Source of the DNA: Trichoplax sp. H2
Lineage: Eukaryota
Direction: 5' to 3'
DNA length: 64,000 nucleotides
Assembly: GCA_003344405.1 (NCBI GenBank)
Contig: NOWV01000023.1
Coordinates: forward strand, 496,001-560,000
This document shows, piece by piece, positions 56,901 to 64,000 of the stretch. Each line of letters begins with the position of its first letter. Within the stretch, counting starts at the first letter, position 1. Below the pieces are notes generated by a model. The model made no database searches. It saw nothing but the letters and a program-made list of their open reading frames with translations, and had not been told where the DNA came from. Made by a program: the position numbers and the translations under genes.

Positions 56901-59900
56901 AATTTGTATTTGTTCGTTTATCGGTATTACACGAGGCAAGCCATATTTAACAGATACTATAGCAATTTTGCTTACCCTAATTTCTAATTTTTTAATTAAT
57001 CGAGAAAGATTTCTGTATTTGAAATGTATTTTAATTTTCATTTGAAAGTATTTAGAAAGAGATTTACGTATTGATGGTTTACCTTTTGAATATGATATCG
57101 AGGTAAGAGTTAAATTTGTGCTTAAGGCATTAATCGTTAAACTCCGTTTCATTATCTTTTGCTACTTATTTACATAGAGAGTCATAGATGACTGGGTTTT
57201 TCTATGCTTCTTCGTTGGTAATGACTTTTTACCGCATTTGCCTTCGCTACAAATAAGGTATTCATTGTTATCGCTAAGCAAAATTGGCTTAAAGATCTGT
57301 TTCTTGAAATCGCTATTTCCAAATATATATGAATAAATGTTCTTGCAACGCATTTTTATAATGCAGAGAAGGGGCGATAGATCGACTGATCGGAATATAT
57401 AAGACTATAATTCACTCCGCTGGGGTAAAAATCCTTATTTTCTAGCACCATCATTTCTATGATTGTTGGTAGTTAACAGATAATGATATTGCAACAGGGT
57501 TATCTAACAGAGAATGGCAGAGTAAATTTACGAAGAGTGCAGTTGTTAATGACTTGTAAGTAGCTAGCAGATTCTTATTTTTGTAGCTCCTAAAGAGCTT
57601 CAACTACATTAACAACTGGTGTTATAGCTTTAGGAAATGTTGAAGATGAAATTCTTAAAAGACGTCTACAGCAGGAGGTAGTTTTCTGCTATAATATTGC
57701 TTATTGACTAACATTCGTAAAATAATGTCGTATGCACAATACGATTTCTTAATTGTTGCAATTAAATATTAAGGCTGAATATAAACGGAGAGAGAAGGAA
57801 AGGCAGAATAGAAATAAGCCGGTACAATATAGCTGGAATTGTTGATTAAAAATTGTGATTTCACAAGGACATCGAATCTTTAAAATATACTTACTTTGAA
57901 TTATAATTTATAGTATCAGAATCCTAGACATTATCAGTCAGGCCCGTTTCATCCTAGGCCTGTTAGTGAATTTAACAAGGATAAGAGGAATTTAAATTCC
58001 CAAGATGGTGGAGATCGAAGAGAGTTTATCGATAGAAGGAATGAAGGCAATTTGGTAAGAACTATTTTCAATAATTTATGAGCTATCGTTAATCTTAATC
58101 TTTTCGAATTTTATTTCATTACGACAGAGTGCTGCCCAAAAGTTACGTATGCTTTTGGTAAGGGTTATATTTTCGATAAAGCGTCTTGGCATTAAATGAT
58201 TAGTATTAACCTTATAACTTATTATTAATATATGTAGAATAGTGATGGGGAATCTTCGAAAAGTGATCCATTACCGGAAAGTAATTCAGCTCCTATCAAC
58301 AATGAATCTGGGAAACGTACGCGCGGTGAAAGTGAGGCTTGCGCTGACGATCAAAGTGAGCAAGCTTCAAAAAAATTACGCAAGGCTGAAGAGACAGGTA
58401 AAAATGATGTAATGGATGGACAGAAAGATGAGAAGGAAGACGAAGTTGTGGATGAAATTAGGTTTGTAGTGTAGAAAATATTTTCCTTATCGAGGGTTCT
58501 TTCTTTATAGTATTGTCTGTTTGTAAATCATCTTACAGATTGGGAGAAGAGGGTTGGAAAGAAAGATATTACCTCAATAAATTTCAAGTGTCTACAGAAG
58601 ATGAAGAGTTCCGAGGCAAAGTTGTAAGTCAAAATTACAACGTGTTTAAGAAATTACCTACATTGCCACTGCATGACATTGTACTTCGTAAAATCGATCG
58701 TCACATGCTTCTTTAATAAGCAACAAATGCAGCTAATGAATAGTTAAGTGAAGTTTAGAATTGATTTTGGAATTTAACAATTCTCCTCTTAAGGTTGCAT
58801 CATATGTAAAAGGCCTATGTTGGGTTATGCTATATTACTATCAGGTTTATAGCTCAGATAAGCAATATTTCCGCTTTTTATCTAATATTTTTAACAGTTT
58901 GCACCAATAAAAAGACTAATTTACAGTAATGTTCAATGACGAAGGGTTGCCAATGCTGGAAATGGTATTTTGACTACCACTATGCTCCTTTTGCTTCTGA
59001 TTTTATAAACATCCGCGATATTAATGTCGATTTTGCCAGTATTAAAATACCGGTGAGAATAATGTGAAAATTATTGCAAACATGCATTTCTAAGTCGGTA
59101 AAATTGTTATGCTAATGTAGATATTGCAGATTTAATTTTTTCATTGACTATTCATGATTTGTATCATTAGTTGACACCGTTAGAGCAATTAATGAGTGTG
59201 TTTCCGGCTGCAAGTAAGAGCTTTCTTCCGAAATCATGGGCCAAACTGATGTTTGACCAAGTATGTATTGTCTAACCTAATCACAAGTTGTTACGTCTAT
59301 GTCTGTAATTTTTATGCAATTAATATTTTATGTGTAAAAGGATTCTCCAATCATTGATTTCTATCCTGAAGATTTCAAAATTGACCTTAATGGAAAAAAA
59401 TATGCTTGGCAAGGTACTAATGTGCTTGTAACATTGTGGCTAATATACTGCAGTGATTTGGCTATTAGATTGCATGCATCAACTCTCTTTACGCTTGTCA
59501 TCGATAGGGGTTGCATTATTGCCTTTTGTTGACGAAGTGCGACTTAAAGATGCATTAAAGGAATTATATGGAGATTTGACCGAAGAAGAAAGTATGGTTG
59601 ATGATTACATTGTCATAAAATACAGTACTGATTATCTGTGCATGCAACCTTTTAATGAGTTTATTATCTGTGTAGTTGAAAGAAATAGCCTAGGATGCGA
59701 TTACTTGTTTGTAAGCCGTGACCATCCATTATTTACATATTTATTTTCAATTGATACTAGCGAAACAGAAAAAGAGGTTTGTAGATGAAATGATATCTCA
59801 TTGGTAGTTATAGATTTATACCCGTGATTGACAATGAAATTATTTTATACTAATTAGCCATCACAGTTAATAGAAACTTCATGGAAACAAATATACGGTT

Positions 59901-61200
59901 CTGTCAAGAAAGATAATCGAGGAATCAACTTAGGCAGGTTAGACTAATTTTGCGGTAGAGATTTCAGCGCCATTTGTAGAAATTGCGCCCGCATCTACTA
60001 ACAGTTGCTACAAATAATTATATTTAGCATTCTTTATTCCCCTATTCCATTTTTGAAGAATATTGAAAATAGTAATGCTATAAGGTCAGACGCTTGATTT
60101 CAGTGCGAAATAGTTTCATAAATGGAGGCTATATGTCACTATTTCGTAAATCTGATAGATCTTGGATTTAATTTAAATACGAATTTTTTCTTAAAGTGCG
60201 AAATATTTACCACCTACATTTCCCGAAGATCACGTTTACTTATCTAGAAGGCTAGCTAATGCATGGTAAAAATGTTAGCTTTAACGCATTTGACACAATT
60301 AAGCAGATTGAAAAGTAGCAAATTTATACTCTCTATAGCGTTCCCGCCCGGGTGTTAAAGCCACCTGGTTATGACAGGCGTGGTCATGGAAGATATCGTC
60401 CGATGACTGGACTCTCTCGTAATATTCCTCAAGCGCAAGTACCAGTTTCTGGTCAAAGAATGATCAGGTTATAAGAGTTGTTATCTGTTTCATGTGACAA
60501 TTCTTTAGTAATACTACTTGTAATACTTTGAATATCATAATCAATTTGGGCTTTTATTAGACAAAATTTACCTCGGAACGATTCTTACCACCCTACTCAC
60601 CAATGGCGCCCTCCGTATTCGGCCGGTAAAATTTACTTGAACACATTAAATCGATTTATAGGGGATTTGCATAATACTTTATTATCTTTTTCATTGTAAC
60701 GAGAAGAATCTCAATGGACTATGTACGAAGGAAGTTATAACCCTTACAAGTACGCGCTATGAGCAATATTATGATGAAGATGATAACAGTCTCTAATTTT
60801 TACTAATCGTAATGGCTATTTTTTATTGTAGCAATGAGCAATCAGCAGGATACGCGAACGTAAACTGGCAGCGCCCTCCGCCTCAGCATCAGAATAGTCA
60901 TAACCCATACCATAATCAACACAATAATCCCAGGTATTCACGCTGGGATCACCACGACAGGCGTGGTGGTTATGGACATCAGGTCGGCTTCTTCCCTATT
61001 TGTAAATATTTTTTAATATGTGCATTAAGCTAACGATTGTAATATTTTACCTTGAATACATAGTGGTAAGGTCTTGCAATGACTTTCTCCGTATATTTAC
61101 ATTAATCTAGCGCTCGCGTGATGGAAATTATCGAAACAATGCTAATCCGAGACCCTCACGTGATGCAACCTATCAACCACCCTATGGGCATGATTTTTAA
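53936..61200 (+). CDS. XRN2: 5'-3' exoribonuclease 2 (XRN2/Rat1), about 38 coding exons
   Basis: Exons translate to [157 protein letters not shown] knuckle [14 protein letters not shown] is typical of XRN2. Low-complexity R/G/Y/H/P tail, last exon 61111-61200 ending in TAA. Confidence 0.97.
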
Positions 61201-64000
61201 TATAGCATATTTGGCTGTAAGATTTAGTTCTTGTGAAATGGGATCGATCATTCGCCCTCTTATTGAGATAATCTACTAGTAGCCAATACACAATTGAGCA
61301 GAACCCATTTTTCGAAATATTAAAAGGATAGCCTGTTTTTAATCTGTTTTGCATATTTCAAAAGAAAAAGCGTGAAGAAATTTCTTATATTCTACGTTGT
61401 ATGTTGTGACCTTCATTTTTATAGCCAACTAGTAAAATTATCCTTTGCTTAAAAAATAGATATGCATACATATATATATTCGTATATGTATATATGTTAT
61501 ATATACAGTATAATAGATAGATATTTACATATTACTGTACAGTATGCGATCAATCGAAATTTGGCTTTATTTGCATTAATTGATGATGTGAAACAGCGTC
61601 GTGCTGTACCATTTGTCGCCAAAAGGAGTAAGATTATCATTTTGTATGAGCCCACAATGTATTTGTCTACGTTGGAGCCTCTTTATTGCACTGATTCCAA
61701 TTTCTAATAGTAGACAAGTATTTTAATGCTGCGATCGAAAATAGAAAACTTTGTTGCGCTTACTCTATCTCATAATTTACTTTATGATCGAGAATTATGC
61801 GAACGAATATGAAGTTGGTGTTGATCAATCCTATTTCTGCGACTGTCATACTGTATCCATGTACCGAATTGTAACGTAGATATACAAATTCGGTGACATA
61901 TTTATAGACTACAGTTTTTTGATGACGTAATTCCAATAAGCATGATCTACATTCTGTAATAAAATTCAATTACTTACCAGTCATTCAGCTGAAGAAAATT
62001 TTGAATTTCGCTATTTATAATATCAAATATTACTTGTTTCCGTCAAGTCTTAATGCCAATGATTTGAATTGGCACCGGAATGCGGTATAGAGAATATACT
62101 TAAGTTTCAAAGTACGCAACTGACATTAATTAAGTATTTTCTGTAAAGCCTACGGAAGCTAGGAAATCTTGCAATCAAATGGAATAGTTATTTTATAGAA
62201 TGTGTATAGCAATACTATAGTAGATTGCTCGAGGTTTACATTGATTTATATATAGTAAAAAGTAAATCATTTTTAGGTGTATGATCTAATTACTAGTTAC
62301 AACGGAAATTTAAACAGCAAATATCGGAATTATTGCAAGTGAAATGGTATAGTTCCTATGTTTATACGCGTTAATCTACCAGCCTTAGGGAACATAAACC
62401 GGCATATACCTACGGTAGAATTTTACATGATAAAAATACGCTTTCGGTGTATAAATTTACATTCAACTATAATACTTAAAGTCAAATCGATTGGTAAAAT
62501 GCACTATAGATTTACCTTAAACAAGTAACCCTCGCCAAAATTGCTGATTTAGAGTAAATTTTTACATTGTTTCGAGAAATATAATGACAAGCTACCAACA
62601 TACAGTTACAGCTGTTCAAGGTTTAACTGATCTAGACCAGTAAACATTTGTTCGCAAATTCATTGTTAAGAAATTTATCAATCATAACTTCAATCAGAAA
62701 ACGCAATAGTAATAATCAATTAACATTTGGGGATTGTTGTCTACAACACGACAAACTCTAATAATATTTTTAATCACACGACAGTATATCATTACAGTTA
62801 TTCTACTATCGTAAATTACTACTAGTTATACGCAAGGAGCATCAAGCTCCGTAACAGATGCTTATCAGTATATTTCGCTTAATGAATTTCTCATGTACCT
62901 CATTGACGAACTATTAGCAATTTATCTATCATTGCATTTTTATGCGAGTACGAATCTGCTTACTGTTATGGCTTATATAGATGCATTAAAGCGACTGTCA
63001 TAGGATATTTGAGAATTACGTTCTCGTTCGGTTATTTACTATAGTTACAATAATTAATTGTGACGTATTAAAAAGGCAGAATTTTATGAATATCCTTGGA
63101 AGCTAGCTATAAATTTCGATATATGGCATTCAGATATTTTGCTAGAAAGGCCCGCTGAATCTTTAAATTTGTGTATCCAAATATTTTATTATGCGGGAGT
63201 CTGCAGCGGTACAATCATCAGACTATTTGCAATATTATCATAAGGTCTATTGTAACTAGGCTATCAATTGTCTAAATATATAGCTATCTGCAATATCTCA
63301 CTTTCAGTTTTTAATGACTTTGGTATTTTGCGTCTATATTTATATATCGATATTAGCTATTGGACTAGATTTATGCATAGGATGATGGCGTGAAATCCGA
63401 CGTCCTCGAGTCATTTAAAATAGTAAAATGCTAGTGGTAGCCAAAATATACCTTTTGGTTATAGCTATTGAATTGAAATCATTTTTGTAAGTACTAATGG
63501 TGACTTAGTAAGTAACTGGAAGCTTATTAAATAAATAATGCTTTATATTACAATTAATTACCGTTAGTAGATCAATACACCAAGTATACTATTAAACCAT
63601 TTAGGATTAATAATTTACGTTCTGTTGTCTTCTGCAATATCGTATACTATATAGCATATAAGCAGTTGATTAGTAGAAAGAAATTACAGAAAGGTTTAAT
63701 ATTACATATCGTATAATTCATAGTTGGCGTGCTAGTTTAGTAATAATCATATATCAGTAAGGTTAAATATGTCTATGGTTAGCTATTATTAATTGAACTG
63801 ATTGAATAGATAATGTTAAAATTATATATCACAATGGCAAGACATGCCATTACTGTATTAAGGTTTAATATCGAAATTCTTTTACCGCTGGGATACCATA
63901 ATTGAATCCTGTCATTAATTTATTTGTAATTATTGATTCAACTGGTTTCATCAATAAAGCTCTGTATCGGCTAGAATAGATTGGAAAATCGACGAAAAGA

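Noticed and set aside
61064..61065. Apparent 2-nt micro-exon AG|TG|GTAAG in the last XRN2 intron
   Set aside because: It would shift the frame and leave a 45-nt intron. Direct splicing 60982>61111 gives a tail consistent in composition.

Overview
AT-rich, intron-dense animal genomic DNA. The short introns, gene content and divergence suggest an early-branching metazoan such as a placozoan (inference, not proven). Six spliced protein-coding genes can be reconstructed by hand. In order: (1) the 3' part of a canonical NK2 homeobox gene (+, 5' end upstream of the window); (2) a divergent NK2-class homeobox gene (+); (3) an Msxlx-type homeobox gene (-), convergent on the NK2 pair; (4) a three-exon globin with the ancestral B12.2/G7.0 introns, a probable GC donor and a candidate N-acylation motif (+); (5) an IRF1/2-like interferon regulatory factor with no recognisable C-terminal association domain (+); (6) XRN2/Rat1 in about 38 coding exons (+). 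A repeat-rich, probably transposon-derived ~2.3 kb block with a 12-copy ~45 bp minisatellite lies just upstream of XRN2. The main observation is the NK2-NK2-Msxlx cluster linked to XRN2, which echoes the bilaterian NK2/'pharyngeal' cluster and the human XRN2-NKX2-4-NKX2-2-PAX1 block. No prokaryotic-type systems, CRISPR arrays or RNA genes were recognised.
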